This document shows, in pieces, positions 6,584 to 14,468 of a stretch of 20,822 bases of DNA. The first letter of the stretch is position 1; each line of letters starts with the position of its first letter. The position numbers and the translations under genes are program-made. The notes beneath the pieces are model-generated. The model was not told the origin of the DNA. It did not search any database and worked only from the letters and a program-made list of their open reading frames with translations. This DNA comes from Candidatus Fraserbacteria bacterium (GTDB lineage: Bacteria; Bipolaricaulota; Bipolaricaulia; RBG-16-55-9; JANLFV01), in assembly GCA_037446135.1 (NCBI GenBank), contig JBBIJD010000031.1, positions 1 to 20,822 on the forward strand, in the 5' to 3' direction.

Positions 6584-8415
6584 GCCGAGAAAAGAGAGGA
6601 ATGTGGAGTCGGCGGCTCTGCCTCTTCTTTCTGATCCTGCTCCTCGCCCTGGGAGGGACGGCCTGCCGGTGGGCCGGGCCGAACCTTCCCCAGGCCGAGG
6701 AGATCACTCTCTACTTCAATGACCCTCTTGCAGGGCTACCCCAAATGGTCCAGCTCCAGGCCCAGGCCGGCGAATTGAAGGGGAGGCTGATCGAGCTGAT
6801 CAATTCCGCCAAGAGGAGGATCGATGCCGCCATCTACTCCGTGAGCGATCCGGAGGTCATCTCCGCCTTAGAGCGGGCCTGCTCAAGAGGGGTGAGGCTG
6901 CGGCTCCTCACGGAGGCCGAGGAATACCAGGGCCAGCTCGCTAGCTTGGGCTGCCTCCAACTCGAGCTGGACCGGAATGAGCGCCTGATGCACAATAAAT
7001 TCATGATCATTGACGAGGAATTGGTCTGGACCGGCTCGACTAACTGGACTGAGGGCTCCTTCTATTATGATGCCAACAATGGCCTGCTGATTAGGGACCG
7101 AGATGTCGCCAAGGCTTACGAGCGGGAATTCGAGCAGATGGTCCGCTCCGGGGGGTTCGGCCCAGCGAAACAGGACAATAACGATGAGGAATTCGAGGTG
7201 GCGGGCACCCCAGTCGAGGTCTACTTCGCTCCTAGCGACCGGCCGCGGCAGGCCCTCCTTCGGCTCCTCGGTGAGGCGCGAGAGAGGATTGAGATCGCCA
7301 TGTTCTACTACACTGATGAGGCGCTCTATTGGGCCCTGGTGGCCGCCCTCGCCCGGGGGATAGAGGTCCAAGCGGTCTTCGATGCCCGTGGCTTCGAGAA
7401 CCTCGCCATCTCCAGGATGGACGAGCTGGTGGCCCTCGGGGTCGGGGTGATCGAGGCCGATCCCGGCCTGGTCCACCACAAATATGCCATTATCGATCGA
7501 GAGATTATCATTACCGGCTCGGCCAACTGGACGGCGAGCGGACTGGACTATAACGATGAGGACCTCGTCGTGATCCACAGCCCCGCCATAGCGGCAAGCT
7601 ACGCCACGGACTTCGAGAGGCTCTATCAGGATGCCCTCGCTTACGACCGAGATCCACTGAGCCCACCACGGGTGACCCTCAAGCATTACAATGCCCAGGA
7701 TGTCCCGGCAAGGGTCGAGTGGCGGCCGCACCTGGTGAAGAGGCCCGACTCTTACGAGCTCTGCCGGGCCCGAAGCTCTTACGGCCCCTGTGAACAGACC
7801 TTCCGAGTTCCTAGCGACCACTGGTATTTCGTCGATGAGGCCGCCCTTCCGGGGAGGACCTACTACTACCGGATGAGGAGCATCGTTGGAAGAGAATCTA
7901 GCGATTGGTCCAACGAGTATGTGGTCCAGGCCGGCTTGCCCGCCTGCCCGGCCTCTGGGGCGAACTGGGAGTGCGATTGTGACGACCGCTTGGACAATAA
8001 CGGTAATGGCTATATCGACTGCAACGATTACGACTGCGCCGCGGCCACGGCCTGTCGCGGGCCGGAGTGGCCTCTAGTTCGCCCGGTCGAGCTTATCCCC
8101 GGAACCTTGACTGCCGAGGAGGTCGAACGAGACCTCGAAAGCTACCTCGGGAAGATCGTGACCGTCCGATTCTATGTCGTGAGCACCTACGATTCCGGGA
8201 AGGTCATCTACCTCGACTCTGCGGGGGACTACAAGAAGAACTTCACCGCGGTGATCTTCAAGCGGGATGAGGCGAACTTCCTCGAGCGAGGAATCAAACC
8301 GGAGCTGGATTACGATCGGAAGCTGGTCGAGGTGACCGGCGAGCTGCGGGAATACAATGGCCCGGAGATCATCCTCCGCGTTCCGGAGCAGATCCGGCTC
8401 CTCGGGGGAGGATGA
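6580..8415 (+). CDS. Phospholipase D-superfamily (two HKD motifs, Nuc-like) lipoprotein with FN3-like, Cys/Asp-rich and C-terminal OB-fold-like domains
   Basis: Lipobox-like LALGGTAC; HNKFMIID..WTGSTNWT and HHKYAIID..ITGSANWT; PGRTYYYRM..SDWSN (FN3-like); CDDRLDNNGNGYIDCNDYDC; GKIVTV..VIYLD..FTAVIF..VEVTGELREY (OB-like). Alternative start at ATG 6601. Confidence 0.85.
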   Translation: MSREKRGMWSRRLCLFFLILLLALGGTACRWAGPNLPQAEEITLYFNDPLAGLPQMVQLQAQAGELKGRLIELINSAKRRIDAAIYSVSDPEVISALERACSRGVRLRLLTEAEEYQGQLASLGCLQLELDRNERLMHNKFMIIDEELVWTGSTNWTEGSFYYDANNGLLIRDRDVAKAYEREFEQMVRSGGFGPAKQDNNDEEFEVAGTPVEVYFAPSDRPRQALLRLLGEARERIEIAMFYYTDEALYWALVAALARGIEVQAVFDARGFENLAISRMDELVALGVGVIEADPGLVHHKYAIIDREIIITGSANWTASGLDYNDEDLVVIHSPAIAASYATDFERLYQDALAYDRDPLSPPRVTLKHYNAQDVPARVEWRPHLVKRPDSYELCRARSSYGPCEQTFRVPSDHWYFVDEAALPGRTYYYRMRSIVGRESSDWSNEYVVQAGLPACPASGANWECDCDDRLDNNGNGYIDCNDYDCAAATACRGPEWPLVRPVELIPGTLTAEEVERDLESYLGKIVTVRFYVVSTYDSGKVIYLDSAGDYKKNFTAVIFKRDEANFLERGIKPELDYDRKLVEVTGELREYNGPEIILRVPEQIRLLGGG

Positions 8416-9460
8416 GGTAGCAGTCGCTCGAGGCGAAGCTCAGCTCCACCACCTCCTGGCCCTCCGCCGGTCCGGGGGCCTCCTCTAACTTCACGCGTAA
8501 CTCCTGGCCGCCTAAGTCGAGATAGGCCCAGCTCGAGTCCCCGAGGAACTCGATGCCTTTCAGCCGCCCACGGAGCTTATTCTCCAGGGAGCCATCGAGC
8601 CTGATCCGTTCAGGCCGGATGAGGAGCTTGACCTCCTGGCCACTCTGGACGGTCCCAGCGGCCACCCTGACCGAGATCTTCGGGCCGGAAGGGATGAGCC
8701 AGAGCTCGACCCTCTCCCCATTGACGCTGCTCACCTTCCCTTCGAGGAGGTTCCCCCGCCCGATGAAGGAGGCGACGAACTCCGTCGCTGGCCTGTGGTA
8801 GACCTCCTTAGGGCTTCCCACCTGCTCGATCCTCCCACTGTTCATCACCGCCACGAGATCGGAGATGGCGAGCGCCTCCTCCTGGTCGTGGGTCACATAG
8901 ATGGTCGTGATCCCTAGTTGCCGCTGGAGCCGCCTGATCTCCAGGCGCAGTCGCTCGCGGAGCTTAGCGTCCAAGGCCGAAAGGGGCTCGTCCAAGAGGA
9001 GCAGGCGCGGCTCCGGGGCCAAGGCCCGTGCGAGGGCCGCCCGTTGCCGCTGGCCGGCGGAGAGCTCCCCCGGACTCCGGTGCTCGAGGCCCTCGAGGCC
9101 CACAAGCTCGAGCAGTTCCTTCACTCTCCTCTGCTGCCTCTCCTGCCCCCGCCAGGAGCGGAGCCCATAGGCGATATTCCCGGCCACGGTCATGTGGGGG
9201 AAGAGGGCGTAGTTCTGGAAGACCATCCCCACACGACGGGCCTCCGGGGGCTCTTGGAGGACACTCCTCCCGTCGAAGAGGATCTCGCCCTCATCGGGCC
9301 GGTCGAACCCCGCGATCAGCCTCAGGATGGTCGTCTTCCCGCAGCCGGAGGGGCCGACCAAGGTCAGGAAACCCCCTTCCCCGACGGAGAAGGAGGCCCC
9401 CTCCACGGCTGTGACCTCCCCGAACCTCTTCGTGACTCCCTCGAGCCTCACCTCGACCAT
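8369..9460 (-). CDS. thiQ: ABC transporter ATP-binding subunit (thiamine uptake; PotA/FbpC-like with TOBE domain)
   Basis: Walker A GPSGCGKT, signature LSAGQRQR, Walker B LLLLDEP, VTHDQEEA. The likely start is ATG 9460 (MVEVRLEGV) with SD AGGAG; the track's extension to 9610 overlaps thiP. Confidence 0.85.
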   Translation of the reverse strand: MVEVRLEGVTKRFGEVTAVEGASFSVGEGGFLTLVGPSGCGKTTILRLIAGFDRPDEGEILFDGRSVLQEPPEARRVGMVFQNYALFPHMTVAGNIAYGLRSWRGQERQQRRVKELLELVGLEGLEHRSPGELSAGQRQRAALARALAPEPRLLLLDEPLSALDAKLRERLRLEIRRLQRQLGITTIYVTHDQEEALAISDLVAVMNSGRIEQVGSPKEVYHRPATEFVASFIGRGNLLEGKVSSVNGERVELWLIPSGPKISVRVAAGTVQSGQEVKLLIRPERIRLDGSLENKLRGRLKGIEFLGDSSWAYLDLGGQELRVKLEEAPGPAEGQEVVELSFASSDCYLILPRGAGSAPERGG

Positions 9461-11166
9461 CGTCTGCTCCTGAAGAGCTGCTCCCCGAACCGCTCGATGA
9501 GCACAAAGGCCCCGCCAGTCACCAAGATGAGCAAGGAGCTCAGCGCACTCGCCCCCCCGAAGGACCTCGCCGCGCGGAGGTCGTTGATCGCGAGGGGGAT
9601 CGTCTTCCACTCCGGCCTGGCGAGCATGATCGTCGCGCTCATCTCCCCTAATGAAATGGCGAAGGCGAAGGCCGCCCCGACGAGCAAGCCCCGGCGGATG
9701 AGGGGGAGCTCGATCTCGCGGAAGGCCCGGAAGCGTGAAGCACCCAGGCTCCTCGCGGCCTCGACTAAGCCGCGCTCCAGCCCCTCTAGGATCGGCACGA
9801 CGGCCCGGATCACGAAGGGATAGGCCAGGATCGCGTGAGCCAGTGGGATGGCGAGCCAGCCCCCGCGGAGAGGAGTCCTAAGCGAGGCCACGAGCAAGGC
9901 TGCCCCCAAGGCGACGGAGGAGACTCCAAGAGGGGCCATGATCAGGGCATCGAAGAGCCTCCTCCCGCGGAAGCGGTAGCGGGCGATCACGAAGGCGAGC
10001 GGGAGGCCGAGGAGGACCGCCAGGGCCATCGCGATCAGCCCGAACTGGAAGCTATTGGCGATGGTGCGGAGCGGAGCGGCACCGATGAGAGCCTCGTGCT
10101 CAGGCCGGAAGATGTAGGAATACCAGTGGAGAGTGAGGACCGTCTGGCCGGCCCACTCCTGGGCAAAGGAGTCGTAGATGATGCTCCCGATCGGGCCGAG
10201 GAAGACCAGTCCGCTCGCGGAGATGAACAAGAAGAGCCCGAGCCTCCCCAAGCTCGGGCTACCGAAGAGGGGGACCACCGGCCTGGCCCGGACGGCCTCC
10301 AACTCGCGGGTGAAGTGCCCCTCGAGCAAGATGTAGCCGTAAGTGAAGGCGAGAGAGAGGAGGACCTCGACGATCGCGAGGGCCGCGCCGAGCCTCTGGT
10401 TGAAGAGGACGATGAACTCGGTGTAGATCTGGACCTCCATGGTCGAGAACCTGGCCCCGCCCAAGGCCAATACGATCGGGAAGCTCAAAAAGCAGAAGAT
10501 GAAGGCCAAGGCCGCAGAGGTCATCAGGCTCGGGAGGAGGAGCGGGAGGGTCACTGTGAGGAGCCGCCGGAGGCGGCCGGCCCCGAGGGCCTGGGCGCTC
10601 TCCTCATAGGTGGGATCGAGCCGCTCCCACTGGGCGTGGACCATTCTGGTGATGATCGGGGCATTGTAGAAGGCATGGGCGAGGACGATCCCCCTCAAGG
10701 AGTAGAGGGTCAAAAGCGGCGGCTCCTTTAGGCCGAAGAGCCCCATGAGGAGCCGGTTGAGGTGGCCATTGTTCCCGAAGAAGAGGATGAACCCTAAGGC
10801 GACCGTGACCGCTGGGAGGACGAATGGGACGAGCGTGAGGGCCTGGAGGGCCCGCTTCATGGGGAAGTCATACCTGGTGAAGATATAGGCCCAGGGGAGG
10901 CCGATAGCGATCGCGAGGAGGGTGCTGAGGAGGGCCTGCTCGGCCGTGAAAGAGATTACCCTTTGGAAGTAGGGCTCACTGAAGATCTCGGCCAGATACC
11001 TGAATGTGAGCCGGCCCTCTTCTACTACCCCCTCCTGGAAGAGCCCCAGGAGGGGGTAGTAGAAGGCGATGGCTAGGAAGGCTGCCGGAGCGAGGAGGAT
11101 GGCCCCCCGCCGCACCCGGCCCAGCCGCCCGGCGATGGCGAGCCTAGCCCCCGACAACGATGCCAC
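9448..11166 (-). CDS. thiP: Thiamine ABC transporter permease (duplicated TM domains)
   Basis: Two EAA loops (YEESAQALGA, LVEAARSLGAS), LAHAFYNAP, many TM segments; lies between the binding protein and the ATPase under a TPP riboswitch. Confidence 0.88.
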   Translation of the reverse strand: MASLSGARLAIAGRLGRVRRGAILLAPAAFLAIAFYYPLLGLFQEGVVEEGRLTFRYLAEIFSEPYFQRVISFTAEQALLSTLLAIAIGLPWAYIFTRYDFPMKRALQALTLVPFVLPAVTVALGFILFFGNNGHLNRLLMGLFGLKEPPLLTLYSLRGIVLAHAFYNAPIITRMVHAQWERLDPTYEESAQALGAGRLRRLLTVTLPLLLPSLMTSAALAFIFCFLSFPIVLALGGARFSTMEVQIYTEFIVLFNQRLGAALAIVEVLLSLAFTYGYILLEGHFTRELEAVRARPVVPLFGSPSLGRLGLFLFISASGLVFLGPIGSIIYDSFAQEWAGQTVLTLHWYSYIFRPEHEALIGAAPLRTIANSFQFGLIAMALAVLLGLPLAFVIARYRFRGRRLFDALIMAPLGVSSVALGAALLVASLRTPLRGGWLAIPLAHAILAYPFVIRAVVPILEGLERGLVEAARSLGASRFRAFREIELPLIRRGLLVGAAFAFAISLGEMSATIMLARPEWKTIPLAINDLRAARSFGGASALSSLLILVTGGAFVLIERFGEQLFRSRRWSR

Positions 11167-12175
11167 TCCATTCCCGGAGCCAGCGGTCCAGATTCCTCCC
11201 CACCTCCTCCGGGGAGAGCATTACCGGCCAGGGGGGGACGACGGCATGCTGATACCACAGGACCGGGAGCAAGGCCTCCCGATTGGCGGGGAACATCCAC
11301 TCCGTCGTGGGGATCCTCTCCTGGACCTGCGGGGAGAGGACGAAGTCCAAGAATTCCTTCGCTAGCCCCTCCTTTTCCGTCCCGCGGACCACTCCCATCA
11401 GGTAGACATTCCGATAGCCCTGGTTGTTCAAGAGCAGGACCCGATAGCGTGTGCTCCCGGCCTCGATCACTGAGTAGGCCGTATCGGTGGAGAAGCTCAG
11501 GACGATCGGCCCCTCACCGGCGAGGAAGAGGTCGTAGGCCTCGCTCCAACCGGGAGCGATGGTCAAGAGATTCGGCAAGAGCGCCCGCCAGTAGTCGAGA
11601 TAACCCGGCTCGCCGAACTGATGAATCGTCCAGAGGAGGAAGGAGAGCCCCGGCGAGGAGGTGCGCGGGTCTTCCAAGATCAGTTGCCTCCGGTATTTAG
11701 GAGAGAGGAGTTCCTCGAAGGTCCGGGGGACATCCTCGAGGGCCAGGGCCTGGCTATCGTAGACGAAGGTGATGTAGCCATGCTCATAGGGGATCGCGGC
11801 CATCTGTGGATCGATCAATAGCTCTGGCGGGATGGCCGCAAGGTGGGGCACTTCCTCGACAGTTAGAGGGATGAAGAGGCCCTGGACTCGAGAGAGGTCG
11901 GCGGCCTCAACCCCGATGAAGACATCACAGCCTTGGAACCCGGCCGTCCGTTCGGCCAGCAACTTCGCCAGCATCGCCCTTGAGTCTGCGGTGGCGATGA
12001 AGACCACATCCACATCATAGATCTTCTCGAACTCTTCCTCGATGAAGGCCGCTGGGCCCCAAGCGGCGAAGCTATCATAGGTGTAGACCACCAATTGGGG
12101 GGCTTGCGCCTTCCCGAGGGAGAGGAGGCCGACTACTAGGGTCAAGAGGAGCGCTAGGAAGAGCGCCTTCCGCAT
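11144..12175 (-). CDS. thiB: Thiamine ABC transporter substrate-binding protein
   Basis: VVYTYDSFAAWGP, EDPRTSSPGLSFL, GWSEAYDLF, LSFSTD and TTEWMFP are ThiB/TbpA motifs. Start ATG 12175 (MRKALF, signal peptide) with SD AAGGAGG. Confidence 0.92.
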   Translation of the reverse strand: MRKALFLALLLTLVVGLLSLGKAQAPQLVVYTYDSFAAWGPAAFIEEEFEKIYDVDVVFIATADSRAMLAKLLAERTAGFQGCDVFIGVEAADLSRVQGLFIPLTVEEVPHLAAIPPELLIDPQMAAIPYEHGYITFVYDSQALALEDVPRTFEELLSPKYRRQLILEDPRTSSPGLSFLLWTIHQFGEPGYLDYWRALLPNLLTIAPGWSEAYDLFLAGEGPIVLSFSTDTAYSVIEAGSTRYRVLLLNNQGYRNVYLMGVVRGTEKEGLAKEFLDFVLSPQVQERIPTTEWMFPANREALLPVLWYQHAVVPPWPVMLSPEEVGRNLDRWLREWSGIVVGG

Positions 12176-12218
12176 AAGAGATCCCTCCTTCGTTGAGGGG
12201 GAGGGGAAGGCCGTTGAG

Positions 12219-12318
12219 ATTCCCTCCGCCGGCATTACCCGGATCAGGTTCAAAGGGTCGGCCTTTCGGCCCTCTCAGCCCGGCCTAGGCCTAGCCATTC
12301 AGCCGAGCTCCCCTATTG
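12219..12318 (-). ncRNA. TPP riboswitch (THI element)
   Basis: Minus strand reads AGGGGAGC..GCTGAGAG GGCCGAAAGGCC GACCCTTTGAACCTGATCCGGGTAATGCCGGCGGAGGGAA, the canonical TPP aptamer core, directly upstream of thiB. Confidence 0.97.
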
Positions 12319-12323
12319 GTTCA

Positions 12324-12353
12324 ATTATATCAACGGCGATGGATCACGAGCAA
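12324..12353 (-). promoter_or_regulatory. Promoter for the riboswitch-thiBPQ transcript
   Basis: Extended -10 TGATATAAT (12332-12324) that uses the thiN stop codon; TTGCTC at 12353-12348 with an 18 nt spacer. Confidence 0.7.
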
Positions 12354-12980
12354 GAGCCCCTCCCGCAGCGCTACCCCCGCTGGGAGAGATACGACCCGGT
12401 TCGAGATCCCGCGAGAGGAGGTCCGGAAGAGGCTCTCCCCAGAAAGAGGATACTCCAGCCCCCAGGTCCGGAGGCCCTCGGCCTCATCCGTGAGGGGCAA
12501 GAGCGAGACGAGGTCCCCCACCTCGGCGCCAGCGTCGGCAGCGAGCTCGAGCCGGTCATGGACGAGGTAGATCCGCTCTCGCCCGGAGATGATCTCCGCT
12601 TCAATCCCCATGCGGGCGGCCCTCTCCAAGATGAAGATGTTGGCCAGGCTCTGATCGAGCCGGGCCCCGAGGGCCCCGAAGAGGACAATCTTTCGGGGCT
12701 TGAGAGCGAGGGCCTGTTCAAGTGCCAGCTCGAGGTCGGTCTGGTCCTTCTCCCTGGGATGGATGATCGTTTTGATCCCGCTCGCTTTCAGCTCGGCCCG
12801 CTCCTCCGACCCGAGGGAGTCGAGGTCCCCGACCACCAGGTCCACCTCGAGCCCGAGCCGCCTCGCCCGGGAGAAGCCCCCATCGGCAGCGATAATGTAA
12901 TCGGCCTGGGCAGAGAGCTCCCCCAGGAACTCCACCCCCCGCCAGGGGCCGTTCCCCAGGATCAGGATCGAGCTCACCAC
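12330..12980 (-). CDS. thiN: Thiamine diphosphokinase
   Basis: IIAADGG, VVGDLDS, EKDQTDLELAL, GALGARLDQSLAN, VSLLP, GLEYPL and GISN motifs. Confidence 0.95.
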   Translation of the reverse strand: MVSSILILGNGPWRGVEFLGELSAQADYIIAADGGFSRARRLGLEVDLVVGDLDSLGSEERAELKASGIKTIIHPREKDQTDLELALEQALALKPRKIVLFGALGARLDQSLANIFILERAARMGIEAEIISGRERIYLVHDRLELAADAGAEVGDLVSLLPLTDEAEGLRTWGLEYPLSGESLFRTSSRGISNRVVSLPAGVALREGLLLVIHRR

Positions 12981-13008
12981 ACCGGATTATTATCTTGCCC
13001 CCGGTTGG

Positions 13009-13037
13009 TTGACAAACCCTCCTGTGGGGCCTAAGAT
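13009..13037 (+). promoter_or_regulatory. sigma70 promoter for the PduS/RnfC-like gene
   Basis: TTGACA (13009-13014), 17 nt, TAAGAT (13032-13037); SD GGAGG at 13058-13062. Confidence 0.75.
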
Positions 13038-13068
13038 TCCCTGGACACTCTGTCATTGGAGGTCGATG

Positions 13069-14127
13069 ATGGCCAAGGCTGAACCACTAACGAGAGACCC
13101 GCAAGAGGTCGTCCGGCTCTTCCGGGAGATGGGGCTCGTAGGGGCCGGTGGGGCCGGCTTCCCCACCTATTACAAATACCTGAAGCCGACCCCGATCCTG
13201 ATCGTCAATGCCGAGGAGGGCGAGCCGGGGTTCCAGGCGAACAAGCTCCTCCTGGTGGACCACGCTGAGGAGTTCGAGCTGATCTTGAATGCCCTCAAGG
13301 AGATCTTCCGCTTCGAGAAGATCTACATCGGCGCGAAGGAGAAAGACCGGGAGAAGCTCGCCCCACTGGAGAAGCGGTTCAACATCGTCTATACCCCCTC
13401 GCTCTACGGGATGGGGGAGGAGCGTTGGCTGACGAAGGCGATCACCGGGATCCAGATCCCACCGGACAAATACCCCCCGGCCTTCGGAGTGACGGTGAAC
13501 AATGTCGAGACGGTCTACAACATGTATCGTGCCCTCTTCTTGGGGAAGCCAGTGACCCAGAAATACCTCAATCTCTACGGGGAGGTGGGCGAGCCGCGGG
13601 TCTACCTCGCCCCGGTCGGGGCCTATGTGAAGGACCTTCTAGGGATGACCGGGGTCAGCACAAAGAATTCACATAACCTGATGTGCATCGACGGCGGGCC
13701 GATGATGGGGGCGCGAATCGATGTCGGCGAGGGAGCGGTGAGGAAGACGACTAACGGGCTCTTAGTGACCGATCGTGGGCTCTTCAAGAGGAGGGAGAAG
13801 GAGCGCCCGACCTGGAACGAGCCCCCCTCCGAGATCATGAGGAAACTGGGGATCGAGCGCTACCTCGACTGGGAGCCCAAAGAGGTCCATAATGTGACCT
13901 CACAGATCAAGCGGGTGAAGCTCTACCTCAAGCAGTGCACGGGGCAGCCCTCAGGGGCGCTGGTCGAGCCTGGGGATAGGGTCGAGGAGGGGCAACTGAT
14001 CGGAAGGGCCGTCGAGGGCGAGCTCCCGGACTTCCAATGCCTCTCGATCAACCTCCATGCCCCCCTCAGCGGGGTCATCAAGGAGGTGACGCAGGATTAT
14101 CTCGTGATCGAGCGCGATCACTTATAG
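13069..14127 (+). CDS. PduS/RnfC-like flavoprotein (Complex1_51K + SLBB + C-terminal RnfC_N-like domain) without Fe-S cluster motifs
   Basis: GLVGAGGAGFPT, NAEEGEP, GVTVNNVETV, GGPMMG, VRKTTNGLL, and C-terminal VEPGDRVEEGQLIG..NLHAPLSG in PduS domain order. No CxxCxxCxxxCP motif. Start is ATG 13066 or 13069. Confidence 0.8.
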   Translation: MAKAEPLTRDPQEVVRLFREMGLVGAGGAGFPTYYKYLKPTPILIVNAEEGEPGFQANKLLLVDHAEEFELILNALKEIFRFEKIYIGAKEKDREKLAPLEKRFNIVYTPSLYGMGEERWLTKAITGIQIPPDKYPPAFGVTVNNVETVYNMYRALFLGKPVTQKYLNLYGEVGEPRVYLAPVGAYVKDLLGMTGVSTKNSHNLMCIDGGPMMGARIDVGEGAVRKTTNGLLVTDRGLFKRREKERPTWNEPPSEIMRKLGIERYLDWEPKEVHNVTSQIKRVKLYLKQCTGQPSGALVEPGDRVEEGQLIGRAVEGELPDFQCLSINLHAPLSGVIKEVTQDYLVIERDHL

Positions 14128-14375
14128 TGATCGGCGTTCTTGGCGATATAGCTCTTCCACTTCTCCGGGACCTCTTCTTCAGCGTAGATAGCGTTCGCCG
14201 GGCAGACGGCGGCACAAGCCCCGCAACTGATGCAAGTGTTGGGGTCAATAAAGAGCTGCTCGGCCTCCTTGTGGCCCGGCTCGTCCGGCCGGGGATGGAT
14301 CGCATCGACCGGGCAGACCTCGACGCACTTCGTCGCCTTCACCCCGATACAAGGCTCGCAGATCACATAAGCCAT
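14118..14375 (-). CDS. Dicluster ferredoxin (FdxA-like, probably [3Fe-4S][4Fe-4S])
   Basis: CEPCIGVKATKCVEVCPVDAI and CISCGACAAVCPANAI; SD AAGGAGG upstream. Confidence 0.93.
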   Translation of the reverse strand: MAYVICEPCIGVKATKCVEVCPVDAIHPRPDEPGHKEAEQLFIDPNTCISCGACAAVCPANAIYAEEEVPEKWKSYIAKNADHYK

Positions 14376-14425
14376 GATTCATCGCCCTCCTTCTTGTCTT
14401 GGGGTTGGAGTAAGACCTGGCGGGG

Positions 14426-14454
14426 AGTATAGCAACTTTCGGTAAGACCGTCAA
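14426..14454 (-). promoter_or_regulatory. sigma70 promoter for the ferredoxin
   Basis: Minus strand TTGACG (14454-14449), 17 nt, TATACT (14431-14426), with extended -10 TG. Confidence 0.8.
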
Positions 14455-14468
14455 AGACGGAGCGGCTC

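Noticed and set aside
6883..7821. Long antisense ORFs (also 8918-9823, 9835-10731, 12339-13034, 19145-19915)
   Set aside because: They lie opposite well-supported genes, which is expected from high-GC codon bias, and show no recognisable motifs.
12176..12253. N-terminal extension of thiB in the ORF track
   Set aside because: It runs through the TPP aptamer; the SD and signal peptide point to ATG 12175.
13009..13065. TTG start for the PduS-like ORF
   Set aside because: The TTG is part of the TTGACA -35 box; the SD supports ATG 13066 or 13069.
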